Source: Mizuhopecten yessoensis
Lineage: Eukaryota
Assembly: GCF_002113885.1 (NCBI RefSeq)
Contig: NW_018408815.1
Location: 627,485-691,484, forward strand
Direction of reading: 5' to 3'
DNA: 64,000 nt
Part shown: positions 52,045 to 64,000 of the stretch, piece by piece
Numbering within the stretch: the stretch's first letter is position 1
How the letters are laid out: each line of letters begins with the position of its first letter
Notes under the pieces: generated by a model
The model's database searches: none
What the model was told of the DNA's origin: nothing
Seen by the model: only the letters and a program-made list of their open reading frames with translations
Program-made: the position numbers and the translations under genes

Positions 52045-55000
52045 GTCTAGTTAGCAGTATCCAATAATCTAGAGTTACGTGTGTAACACTATCTACAAAC
52101 CTAGAGTTACCTGTATAACAGTATTTACATGCAATAACCTAGTGTTACCTGTGCAACACTATATCCTTACCTAGAGTTACCTGTTTAACATTATCTATTA
52201 ACCTAGAGTTACCTGTGTAACATTATCTAATAACCTAGTGTTACCTGTGTAACACTATCTAATAACCTAGAGTTACCCGTGTAACAGTATCTAATAACCA
52301 AGAGTTACCTGTGTAACAATATCTAATAACCTAGTGTTACCTGTGTAACAGTATCTAATAACCTAGTGTTACCTGTGTAACAGTATCTAATAACCTAGAG
52401 TTACCTGTGTAACAGTATCTAATAACCTAGAGTTACCTGTGTAACAGTATCTAATAACCTAGAGTTACATGTATAACAGTATCTAATAACCTAGAGTTAC
52501 CTGTGTTACATGTATAACAGTATCTAATAACCTAGAGTTACCTGTGTAACTCTAGGTTATTAGATACTGCTAAACAGGTAACACTAGGTTATTAGATAAT
52601 GTTAAACAGGAAACTCTAGGTTATTGCATGTAGATAATGTTATACAGGTAACCTAGAGTTACCTGTATAACAGTATCTAGTAACCTAGAGTTACATGTAT
52701 ATTAGTATCTAATAACCTAGAGTTACCTGTGTAACAGTATCAAATAACCTAGAGTTACCTGTATAACATTATCTACATGCAATAACCTAGAGTTACCTGT
52801 TTAACATTATCTAATAACCTAGAGTTACCTGTGTAACATAATCTAATAACCTAGTGTTACCTGTTTAGCAGTATCTAATAACCTAGAGTTACCTGTGTAA
52901 CACTATCTAATAACCTAGTGTTACCTGTGTAACAGTATCTAATAACCTAGAGTTACCTGTATAACAGTATCTTATAACCTAGAGTTACCTGTGTAACAGT
53001 ATCTAATAAACTACAGTTACCTGTATAACAGTATCTAATAACCTAGAGTTACCTATGTAACAGTATCTAATGACCTAGAGTTACCTGTGTAACACTATCT
53101 AATAACCTAGTGTTACCTGTGTAACAGTATCTAATAACCTAGTGTTATCCGCGTAACAGTATCTAATAACCTAGAGTTACCCGTGTAACAGTATCTAATA
53201 ACATAGAGTTACCTGTGTAACAGTATCTAATAGCCTAGAGTTACCTGTGTAACAGTATCTAATAACCTACAGTTACCTGTTTAACAGTATCTAATAACCT
53301 AGAGTTACCTGTATAACATAATCTAATAACCTAGAGTTACCTGTGTAACAGTATCTAATAACCTAGAGTTACCTGTGTTACAGTATCTAATAACCTAGTG
53401 TTACCTGTGTAAAACTATCTAATAACCTACAGTTACCTGTGTTACAGTATTTAATAACCTAGAGTTACCTGTATAACAGTATCTAATAACCTAGAGTTAC
53501 CTGTATAACAGTATCTAATAACCTAGAGTTACCTGTATAACAGTATCTAATAACCTAGAGTTACCTGTGTAACACTATCTAATAGCCAAGAGTAACCTGT
53601 GTAACACTATCTAATAACCTAGAGTTACCTGTGTAACACTATCTAATAACCTAGAGTTTTCTGTGTAACACTATCTAATAACCTAGAGTTATCTGTGTAA
53701 CACTATCTAATAACCTAGAGTTACCTGTATAACAGTATCTAATAACCTAGAGTTACCTTTGTAACAGTATCTAATAACCTAGAGTTACCTGTATAACAGT
53801 ATCTATAAACCTAGAGTTGCCTGTATAACCACTATCTAATAACCTAGAGTTACCTGTGTAACACTATCTAATAACCTAGAGCTACCTGTGTAACACTATC
53901 TAATAACCTAGAGTTACCTGTATAACAGTATCTATAAACCTAGAGTTACCTGTATAACAGTATCTAATAACCAAGAGTTACCTGTATAACAGTATCTAAT
54001 AACCTAGAGTTACCTGTATAACAGTATCTATAAACCTAGAGTTACCTGTATAACAGTATCTAATAACCTAGAGTTACCTGTGTAACACTATCTAATAGCC
54101 TAGAGTTACCTGTGTAACAGTATCTAATAACCAAGAGTTTCCTGTGTAACACTATCTAATAACCTAGAGTTACCTGTGTAACAGTATCTAATAACCTATA
54201 GTTACCTGTGTAACACTATCTAATAACCTAGAGTTACCTGTTTAACAGTATCTAATAACCTAGAGTTACCTATGTAACAGTATCTAATAACCTAGAGTTA
54301 CCTGTGTAACAGTATCTAATAAACTAGTGTTACCTGTGTAACAGTATCTTATAACAAAGAGTTACCTGTGTAACAGTATCTAATAACCTAGTGTTACCTG
54401 TGTAACAGTATCTAAAACCTAGAGTTGCCTGTATAACAGTATCTAATAACCTAGTGTTACCTGTGTAACAGTATCTAATAACCTAGTGTTACCTGTGTAA
54501 CAGTATTTAATAACCTACAGTTACCTGTGTAACAGTATCTAATAACCTAGTGTTACATGTATAACAGTATCTAATAACCTAGAGTTACCTGTGTAACACT
54601 ATCTAATAACCTAGTGTTTCCTGTGTAACAGTATCTAATAACCTAGTGTTACCTGTGTTACAGTATCTAATAACCTAGAGTTACGTGTGTAACAATATCT
54701 AATAACCTAGTGTTACCTGTGTAACAGTATCTAATAACCTAGAGTTACATGTGAAACACTATCTAATAACCTAGTGTTACCTGTGTAACATTATCTCATA
54801 ACCTAGAGTTACCTGTGTAACACTATCTAATAACCTAGTGTTACCTGTGTAACACTATCTAATAACCTAGAGTTACCTATGTAACAGTATCTAATAACCT
54901 AGAGTTACCTCTGTTACAGTATCTAATAACCTAGAGTTACCTGTGTTACAGTATCTAATGACCTAAAGTTACGTGCGTAACACTATCTAATAACCTAGAG

Positions 55001-56970
55001 TTACCTGTGTTACAGTATCTAATAACCTAGTGTTACATGTATAACAGTATCTAATAACCTAGAGTTACGTGTGTAACAATATCTAATAACCTAGTGTTAC
55101 CTGTGTAACAGTATCTAATAACCTAGAAACAGTATCTAATAACCTAGAGTTACCTGTGTAAGAGGCTCTAATAACCTAGAGTTACCTGTATAACAGTATC
55201 TATAAACCTAGAGATACCTGTATAACAGTATCTAATAACCTAGAGTTACGTGTGTAACACTATCTAATAACCTAGAGTTACCTATGTAACAGTATCTAAT
55301 AACCTAGTGTTACCTGTGTAACAGTATCTAAAACCTAGAGTTGCCTGTATAACAGTATCTCATAACCTAGTGTTACCTGTGTAACAGTATTTAATAACCT
55401 TCAGTTACCTGTGTAACAGTATCTAATAACCTGGAGTTACCTGTATAATAGTATCTAATAACCTATAGTTACCTGTGTAACACTATCTAATAACCTAGTG
55501 TTACCTGTGTAACAGTATCTCATAACCTAGAGTTACCTGTGTAACACTATCTTATAACCTAGTGTTACCTGTGTAACAGTATCTAAAACCTAGAGTTGCC
55601 TGTATAACAGTATCTCATAACCTAGTGTTACCTGTGTAACAGTATTTAATAACCTTCAGTTACCTGTGTAACAGTATCTAATAACCTAGAGTTGCCTGTA
55701 TAACAGTATCTAATAACCTAGTGACCTGTGTAACAGTATCTAATAACCTAGTGTTACCCGTGTAACAGTATCTAATAACCTAGAGTTACCTATGTAACAG
55801 TATCTAATAACCTAGAGTTACCTCTGTTACAGTATCTAATAACCTAGAGTTACCTGTGTAAGAGGCTCTAATAACCTAGAGTTACCTGTATAACAGTATC
55901 TATAAACCTAGAGATACCTGTATAACAGTATCTAATAACCTAGAGTAACCTGTGTAACAGTATCTAATAACCTAGAGTTACCTCTGTTACAGTATCTAAT
56001 AACCTAGAGTTACCTGTATAACAGTATCTATAAACCTAGAGATACCTGTATAACAGTATCTAATAACCTAGAGTAACCTGTGTAACAGTATCTAATAACC
56101 TAGAGTTACATGTGAAACACTATCTAATAACCTAGTGTTACCTGTGTAACAGTATCTAAAACCTAGAGTTGCCTGTAAAACAGTATCTAATAACCTAGTG
56201 TTACCTGTGTAACACTATCTAATAACCTAGTGTTACCTGTGTAACATTATCTCATAACCTAGAGTTACCTGTGTAACACTATCTTATAACCTAGTGTTAC
56301 CTGTGTAACAGTATCTAAAACCTAGAGTTGCCTGTATAACAGTATCTAATAACCTAGAGTAACCTGTGTAACAGTATCTAATAACCTAGAGTTACATGTG
56401 AAACACTATCTAATAACCTAGTGTTACCTGTGTAACAATATCTAATAACCTAGAGTTACCTGTGTAACAGTATACAATTGTTTCATGGCTATTTGGGGAA
56501 CAGTCAAAACTATCATCCCTCAGTAGGGGGAAGCCCTGTGGAACTGTTTGCCCTTGGCCTAGTGGCCTCGGCCAAACAGTTCCCCAGGACTTCCCCCTAC
56601 CTCGGGAGGATAGTTTTGACTGTTCCCCAAATAGCCATGAAACAATTGTTTTATTACCAAATAAATATTAGTATAAATGCTGCATGCAATGTTGCCATTG
56701 CTTCAAGACTGAGTCGCGGTCACCGAAACGCTTGAAGGGGGCTCTCGAGGGGGGATTTCTGCGCATCGAATTCGCGCCGGGTAACAGTTCGCTCTGACCG
56801 GGAAAACAGTTTTGACTGTTTCACCCCTACAGCCGAAATTGGACAAAAAACCAGAAACAGTCAAAAATGACTAGTTATAATTTATATAGACTATTGGGTA
56901 ATAATATCTAATAACCTAGAGTTTCCCGTGTAACAGTATCTAATAACCTAGAGTTACATGTGTAACATTA
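52045..56970. repeat. Satellite, 32 bp unit (about 140 copies), with an internal inversion (52546-52652) and an element insertion (56473-56904)
   Basis: taacctagagttacctgtgtaacagtatctaa repeated; the unit contains an internal gttac/gtaac inverted pair. Confidence 0.98.
56473..56904 (+). mobile_element. Asymmetric hairpin element E1 (Crypton-like non-autonomous element, 432 bp) inserted at TA in the satellite
   Basis: 176 bp hairpin at 56474-56649 with a 41 bp perfect outer stem. ttattaccaaata (from 56651) is mirrored by tattgggtaataa (56892-56904). The satellite unit cagTAtctaa is split with TA on both sides. Confidence 0.88.
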
Positions 56971-59589
56971 TTATTATGACACAGAATTTCCTGTCTTCAG
57001 CTAAAGAACAATCAAGAAAAGTAAATGGCAACAAAACGGCTATTTTTACTCGAAGCGATGATGATGGTGACCATAACAGAAGGCCATGGTCTTCATCAAA
57101 TTGTATCGTTTGCATTTTGTTGCTTTTTGCATTTTTTATGTGCTTAATCAATAGATTCATTATATTAGAATTACCATTCATTAACTACGCCTACATTGGT
57201 CTTGTAAGGAGGAGCACGGCTGTCAAAGTAAGATAGAATACCTCTGTAATTGTTTTCACCATGAACACCACAGTAGTAAAGGTATCTTTAAAAGTCTGCG
57301 CTATTGAAAATACAGGTAGATAGTACTGCTAGTTGATGTAATTTTGAGCGACTAACACGCGACCAACACGCGACTAACACGCACAAAAAAACTTCACTTA
57401 ACCATAATTCTCTTTTATGTGAAAACTTACAGATTTTGAGCAAATGGATAAATCAACCTGGTAAAATAATGTAGAATAAAATACCTAAACCAAGTGACCG
57501 CATTCAGAAAATAGGAAAAGCGTATTTTAGTTATGTACTAAAATTAATCTGTATGCATAGTACCCAAACAAATCAACATAAGTGATACAATCCAGATGTC
57601 ACGAAGGTAAATTAAAAGACATGAACTCTGACCAATTATTCTACGTATCAACTTTGCATGCGAAAATAAGGACTCAAATGATCGCCGTAATGCTAAAGCA
57701 GATACTTGTCCTGTAGCGCTGTCCTGTAGCGCTGTCCTTCAGCACACACTTGTGAGGTCGAGTGATTAGGGATGCATTAAATTACGACCAGTATCGGCGA
57801 CCGTCCAGCAGATACAGCTTGTCTAGTGATCCGATTAGGGAAATGCTTGAAAGAATCTCATGTGTTCTGGGTCCTGCTGATTTGATTTAAAATCGGAGTA
57901 TAACATATGCAGAAGTTGTCGGACTGGACAGAATGATTCGAAGATGATATAGTGGTTATTTCCCTAGGGGGTATTGGAAAGAAAATGCAATTAACATATC
58001 ATGATAACTATCAATCAATATCATGATATCCCGTAGGAAGAGAAACTGTTTAGCAAGTTTACCACAACGACAATGTTTAGTTTTCTATGGTTTACATTTA
58101 AAATGCATGCCTGATATAGAAATGAAATAATCATATCAGAATTTTTAAAATAACTATAGACATGAATTCAATCGTATCTGCTTAATCAGATATACATTAT
58201 TTAAGATATAAACTGTCTAGACATAGCAGGGTAAAATAGATAAACTTCATTACAAGAAATACCGCACTTTGATTGTGAAAAATGAGGCAACTACACCAGT
58301 ATGTCTGACGTATGCATATGTTGACAGTTATTTTCGTTGTGTCAAATCAAAAACATCAAAATGTTAAATTTAAACTTCCTGCTTGTTACCGTTGGGTAAG
58401 GTAAGTGCACTTTGTATCTACAACACACAAGAGAACAGCCAATTTCACTTTACTATTTACTATACAAAGTTGAACTGTTCTATCAACGCCATCATATTCA
58501 GTTATTGAATTGAATATAGAGTAAATAATAAATGTAAAGGTTAAAGACACATTCTATCGATGAAATTACGATAAAAGTGTCATGGAAGGTTTTAAAGACT
58601 GCTGAATATAGTACATAGCAGGTGCGCCAGGCAAAGAGCACCTTGTCTCACAGCGTCTTAGGATAAACCTGCCACACCAAATGTCATATTAAAAGTCTCA
58701 TACGTCATGTCTAACCCTTATAATGAGTAAGGAGGATAGTTTTATATAGCTGTTAGTTTCTGTCTCCCTTTACCATTCATTTATGTCAATATAGGGGAAT
58801 ACAGGAACACCCCTGTTACTATGTGTAGGAATTTTCCGAAGACATAAGTAACATTATAAGTAACATTTGACAATGCCGAATAAACTGTTGATATTAGCAC
58901 TACAAAGCTAACCATATGTGTTACTCCCATATAACTTCCGGTTTAGAATCTCTTAAACGGGTAACATAAAATTTTCGGAGTCTATATACATGTAGCACCA
59001 TTTACAATGTTTCTGTGATTCAAGACGAAAAGTATTCCAAGTGATTACTCGGGTCTCCTCCACAGCAGTAAAATAAGCTTGGTGTGTGCGGCATTGATTT
59101 CAATTACATTCCCAGATGCCTGATGTGGCCTTCCGTTCACATTTAGCTGGCTACCTAGTACTCCGCATGGTGCTTCCCCAGACCGCATTTAGATTCAACA
59201 GACGTTTGTTTGGAACAATGTTTGCTCCATATAGGCAAGATAAAATGGTTTGGGAGAACGCAGATGTCAGTTTGACATATATTACCCAAATGGTATTAAT
59301 ATTACAGATTACCGTACATATCTAAATTTATATTGTATTTATCGCGCTCGTTCCTATGACCTAAGCATATATGTTCAAACGTGTTACGTCTTGACGTGAT
59401 ATGCGTGTATCATATATTCATTCTGTCCTTTCTACTTGTCGAATATGAGCTCAGCATTAAATGTTACGTCAAATAAATACTCGGTTTTCATGTTATGATC
59501 AAATTTAATATGAAAAGGCAAAGCCTTAAAAGAGCGTAGCTTTTGTTGATCTCTGATATTTACTGATTAAGAATACAACTTTCAGAATG

Positions 59590-59670
59590 ATATAAGATAA
59601 ACTTTATTTAAAGTCGGCTAGTCGAGGAATAACAATAAAACACAAGCTCTAATGAGATTAAGACCGACAT
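59590..59670 (-). mobile_element. 3' tail of a truncated non-LTR retroelement (stem-loop, AATAAA, short-repeat tail)
   Basis: Minus strand reads gtcgg…ctcattagagcttg…gccgactttaaataaagtttatcttat: a gtcgg/ccgac stem followed by a poly(A) signal. Confidence 0.4.
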
Positions 59671-59680
59671 AACAACATGG

Positions 59681-60869
59681 AGACCGGGGCAAGTTCGGCC
59701 CTTTTTTATTTTTTTATTTAAGTCCGTTCTAGTAAGTATAGCAGCACGTCCGTTTTTGAACATTATTTAATATTTACATTCTGTATGCTTAGACCCATTG
59801 ACAAAAATTACATTCATAAATGCATAACACAGGTGTTCATAGAATCTCAGCACGTGGGAACTGATAGTAACCTGATCACACTGCGTAGTAATACACTACA
59901 AAAACTACTCACTCGGAACGACCGACCTAGATGCTTAATTCTTACATCTTAAAATATTATTGAACTGTGCTTTGTGAAATATCCACGTATTCACGTGTCC
60001 TGTGCTACAAATAAACATTGAATATGGAACTACATTTTGTTGTGTTATTGTTGTTGACGGTTGCTAAGATCTCTCACGATAGTGTCACATTTCCCCGCGA
60101 AAAAACACTGTTCTCGCCACTGCGTTGCACCCGTGTATAAGCAGGAACAAACCCTGTTTATTTGTTTTATTCGTTGTTATATCGATCCACTGAAAGGATT
60201 CGTCAATGTAAATATAAGGAATGATATTTATTTTTTCAACATTTATGAGGTCATAACAACAATGGGTTTTTGGACATATTTTACATGAATCGCTACGCGA
60301 TTCATTCAATATGTCCATAAACCCATTGTTGTTATGACCTCATAAATGTTGAAAAAATAAAAATCATTCCTTAAATTATCCTGTCGGAAGATCGGATGGT
60401 CGTAATTTCGGCCCCCTTTTGAATCAGCTTAATTATGACGTCATAAAGCATGCAACGTCAGATTTAACCGCCAATTTTACGAATTTTTATGTGTTACATG
60501 GGGCCGACTTGCCACGGTATCATTGGCCGAAACCGTCCTGGCCCAAATTGATATTTCAATAAATTCTTATCGTACAACAATACGGTAGTGAGTGATTGGC
60601 TTGGCTTTTATGTATTAGTATTTGAAGCTGTCAGTGTCTTACACGTTTCACTGTAAAAAGTTCGCATAACTAGAAGCGAGATCTTCCTTTTTTTCTACTC
60701 TCTCAAAAGTAATTTTCTCCTGTTAAGTCATTTTACATTAGAGTTTTCCTCGCCATTTTTTTGTCGTTGAATGCCCAGCCAACTAAACTGCTAGGATCCT
60801 TAAACTTGTAAATATTAGCTCAATTTTTTTTTTTTTATCAGGGATGGCCGAACTTGCCCCGGTTTACCG
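59681..60869. mobile_element. TIR non-autonomous DNA transposon (Tc1/mariner-pogo-like end) hosting a nested hairpin element
   Basis: accggggcaagttcggcc (59683-59700) and ggccgaacttgccccggt (60846-60863) form a perfect 18 bp inverted repeat; right end …ggtttaccg. Internal TIR-like motifs at about 60403 and 60501. Confidence 0.75.
59770..60375 (-). mobile_element. Asymmetric hairpin element E3 (about 605 bp), nested in the TIR element
   Basis: Near-perfect 159 bp hairpin at 60215-60373. The adjacent aatgtaaata (60205-60214) is mirrored by tatttacatt (59771-59780). Confidence 0.75.
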
Positions 60870-60999
60870 TGTGCAGATTTTTTTTTATCATTGATGATTG
60901 GTAAAAATGTATTCACAATATAATTTTTACATCAATGACGCCATTTTGTTCCAGTTAAAGCTCAAGTAGATATTTGTTCTTGTGCGTAACGTATATGAT

Positions 61000-61150
61000 G
61001 GGTTGGTGGCGCAGTGGATAGCGCGCTCGTCTTCACTATAAAAGATGGCCGGATTCAATCCCGGTCACCTGCCCGACACGCGGGTTTTCTCCGGATACTC
61101 CAGTTTCCTCCCATATTAAGAATTAAACCCTCTGCGTGCTTCCGTCAGGG
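61000..61150 (+). mobile_element. tRNA-derived V-domain SINE, family B copy 1
   Basis: A box tggcgcagtgg, B-box-like ggattcaatcc, V-domain-like gggttttctccggatactccagtttcctccca. Confidence 0.8.
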
Positions 61151-62078
61151 GACAAAAAGAATGATTGAGATAAGCTGGGGGAAAACTGTTTAGTCTAAGT
61201 AAATGTATAGAGATGTTAGTTGAAAAAATGAAATTAAAAAAAAAAGAAAACATTGTAATACTTTGATGTAACTGAAATTGAGTTGATATGGATATGTAGT
61301 CTAAATTACTGTTCAATCCTGAAACACCGGATTGAATTTCAATTTTTGTAACTACCACCGAGGTTTGACAGGTAATGATGCCAAACAAAATTACAGTTTC
61401 TGTCTGTAACTAGTTATAAATCGGCACGCGTTGTTGAATAGCAATACGTTGCTGAAAAAGGGCGTTGCACTTGGGTTGGTTATCTGGAATATTTTTGTTA
61501 ATTTCGTCATAAATGCATTTTCCATTGCTTCTTTTATGAGCGATTATGCATAAATAATGTAAAGGCTATATCCAGACTTTCAAAAATGTCAATTATTTCG
61601 TTCATATTCTCTTCAAATTAAAATCAAAAGCTGATGAAATTTTAAATGATCTCTTTTTTAAAGATATCTCCTGGTAGCACCGACAAAGAGATAAACGCAA
61701 CGGCCATCAGTTCCAAGATTTTCCGGTTATTTTTCTTCTTTCCGGAAATAACCGATTAAGGCCGATGGAGTGTGACGTGATTGTGATTATGATAATCTCT
61801 GAACGACGTTTCATGTCTGCTTGTATCAACAGTTATGTGATAGATTCTTTTCTTTCAGAATGTATATTAGTTTTTATCTAAATAAACAAATAATAAAACA
61901 TTGGTATTGTTTTCACTATATGAAGATGTTCATGTATGGGTTGAAACACAATTGTCTTTGCTTCAAGGGTACACTTCCGGTTTCCCCACTGGACGTCTAC
62001 TTCCGGACGAATTTTTTGAAAGCAATGTGTAGAAAGGGGAAGCAACTCTGTTTACGCACGCATGTGTTACCATTAAAG

Positions 62079-62112
62079 AGCTTCGCTCGGGCGCCTTCGG
62101 CACCCGAGAGCT
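62079..62112. other. Short GC-rich stem-loop resembling a Helitron/Helentron terminal palindrome
   Basis: agct-tcg-ctcgggcgcc-ttc-ggcacccgag-agct; the minus strand has a cGAAg triloop. Confidence 0.45.
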
Positions 62113-62597
62113 ACGGTCTTATAAGCAAGATTTCACCACTTTGTCAGAATTGTTATTGCAATGTCAATATGTGTTGAAGCAATTCGCGAAGACATTTGTG
62201 CGATATAATTATAAAATCCCAATCACAGAGACAGGATTCTTAATTTGTCAACCTATTTTTTGTAGGTTTAGGGGATTTGTGAGAAATCGAAATTGATCTC
62301 CTATTGCGAAACACGTTAGGCTTCTTTCTTTTCTTTTTGTCTTACTCTTTCCTTATAAAGGTGTCTCCCTAAAAACCTTCTTCATATAATATTTTATGTT
62401 GCGAAGGCGTTTCACACATGAAAAAATAAAGATATAAACAAGACCCATCAATGTTTATACAGTAGTTAACATCAACATCATACAATACCCTTTGTACAGC
62501 AAATCAGATTTATTCACGAAATATGTACTAAACAGATACATTGTATACACTCTATTTTACACTTTATTTATTTTACAACAATTACAAAACAAGGTAT

Positions 62598-62760
62598 TAA
62601 AACTTGCATTAATCACTCTTGTTGGTCCGGATACTAGCGCACAGGGTTCTTAATGTGTGAGGGCACTGGAGTACCCAGAGAAAGCCATGTGACCAGGCAG
62701 GTGACTCCGGTCGCCTTGGTGAAAGGCGAGTGCATTATCAACCACGCCAACCGACCACCG
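62598..62760 (-). mobile_element. tRNA-derived V-domain SINE, family B copy 2 (degenerate)
   Basis: Minus strand ggttggcgtggttgataatgcactcgcctttcacc…gtcacctgcc…ttctctgggtactccagt…attaagaaccc aligns with 61000-61150. Confidence 0.75.
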
Positions 62761-63099
62761 ATTTATTAATTATGTCTGTATATATAGTAAAGACAAACTT
62801 AGAAATATCATACCAATACCAATATCGATCTCGTTAGGAATGCTTTATTTATATAGAATTACGCCAAGAAAGAGTTAATACTAAAACAGACAGACTTAAT
62901 TTGGTTAGACCTCCTAGATGTAATTAGAATTGCTTGATGTAGTTAGACCAGCTTGATGTAGTTAGACCAGCTTGATTTATTCAGACCTGCAGATAATCAG
63001 GAAGAACAAAAAACAACGTTACAAAGCGTCATTATATAAAAGGTGGTTGGTGAAATTCTGATGTAGTTTTATCTCATTACCGTTAAGGAATTATTCCCG

Positions 63100-63980
63100 C
63101 ATCCCTTCGGTAATACGCACTTTTTGAAGTAAGCATTAAGCTCAAAATCATGTAGCCTTTAATTATTCTAGAACGTATTTAAATTTTAAATCTGGTAACG
63201 GGAACGCATCTTTTAATCAGACTTCTGACTTTTTTCATGAGAGAACAACATCTTAAAGTACGGAGCAATTAACATTACAGCCCTTTCCTGTTATTGATGT
63301 CAGATGTTTTGTGTGTGTCGAACTTCTCATTAAATCACAGAAATCATTAACAAATCTATACTAGAATGTGCAGACATCATGTGCTTGTTGATTTAGTTAT
63401 ACCGGCTTGATGTATTCAAAACTGTCTCATTTGCTAGGAATTGCTTAATTAAGTCATTTTGTAAATCTAATTGATATAGTAAGACTCTATTGTTTCTAAA
63501 CACGAAACAAACAACCCATAGTACAATCGTTATGCATCAATATTTTTTTTTCAATATAGAGAGAAATCGTCTTATTCTATTTCGTTTGGTCTGTTAAAGA
63601 AACTAAACCTGCTTGATAAATGACACTGGCTCGATTAAGCTTACTGAATTTATACTTAAAGCAGACTTCTTTGTTTTCGTTTGACCTGCTCGATTTAATT
63701 AATCCTATAAAACCTCACTGAAAGCAGACGCTCGTAGCCAGCTGTTGACGAAACATCTCACATCATTTCGGTAATACGAACTTTTTAATAGGATCTTATA
63801 TTATGCTAAAACTATGTAATTGTGATTATTGTAGAATCTGTTAAATTGTAAAAACTGAATTACGGAACACATCTCTTTTAATCAGACTACTGAACTATGA
63901 TATAATTTGAGAATAACATCTCAAAGTACAGAGGCTATTAACAAGACAGGCCATTTCTGTCTTTGAGGTTCATTTTTTTT
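63100..63980. repeat. Old diverged direct duplication, period about 661 bp
   Basis: ttcggtaatacg-acttttt…ttttaatcagact-ctga…gagaa-aacatct-aaagtac starts at both 63106 and 63767. Confidence 0.75.
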
Positions 63981-64000
63981 TTTGTAATGCGTAGAAATCT

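Noticed and set aside
57707-57750. gcgctgtcc and ttcagcac resemble both REST/RE1 half-sites
   Set aside because: The half-sites are in non-canonical order within a 13 bp tandem duplication, and REST is not established in molluscs; probably coincidence.

Overview
AT-rich eukaryotic genomic DNA, most likely a bivalve mollusc (inferred from SINE style and the receptor sequence; species not determinable here). Only one protein-coding gene is convincingly present: an intronless-CDS class A neuropeptide GPCR of the allatostatin-C/somatostatin receptor family (41531-42766, +). It has a splice acceptor 70 nt upstream of the ATG and a probable long 3' UTR. About 20% of the window is five large minisatellite arrays (26-60 bp units); two of them contain internal inversions with fold-back or template-switch signatures. 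The rest contains tRNA-derived SINEs (two families, two copies each), several MITEs and old local duplications. The most interesting signal is 3-4 sequence-unrelated non-autonomous elements with one shared asymmetric architecture: a 125-175 bp terminal hairpin, plus a short inverted repeat next to the hairpin that is mirrored at the far end. The hairpin 'mismatches' (CGAG:CGAG tandem G.A pairs, a GC-GNA-GC loop) would stabilise only one DNA strand, suggesting an ssDNA-hairpin, possibly flip/flop, transposition intermediate. Nearly all other ORFs in the track are repeat-derived or chance ORFs.
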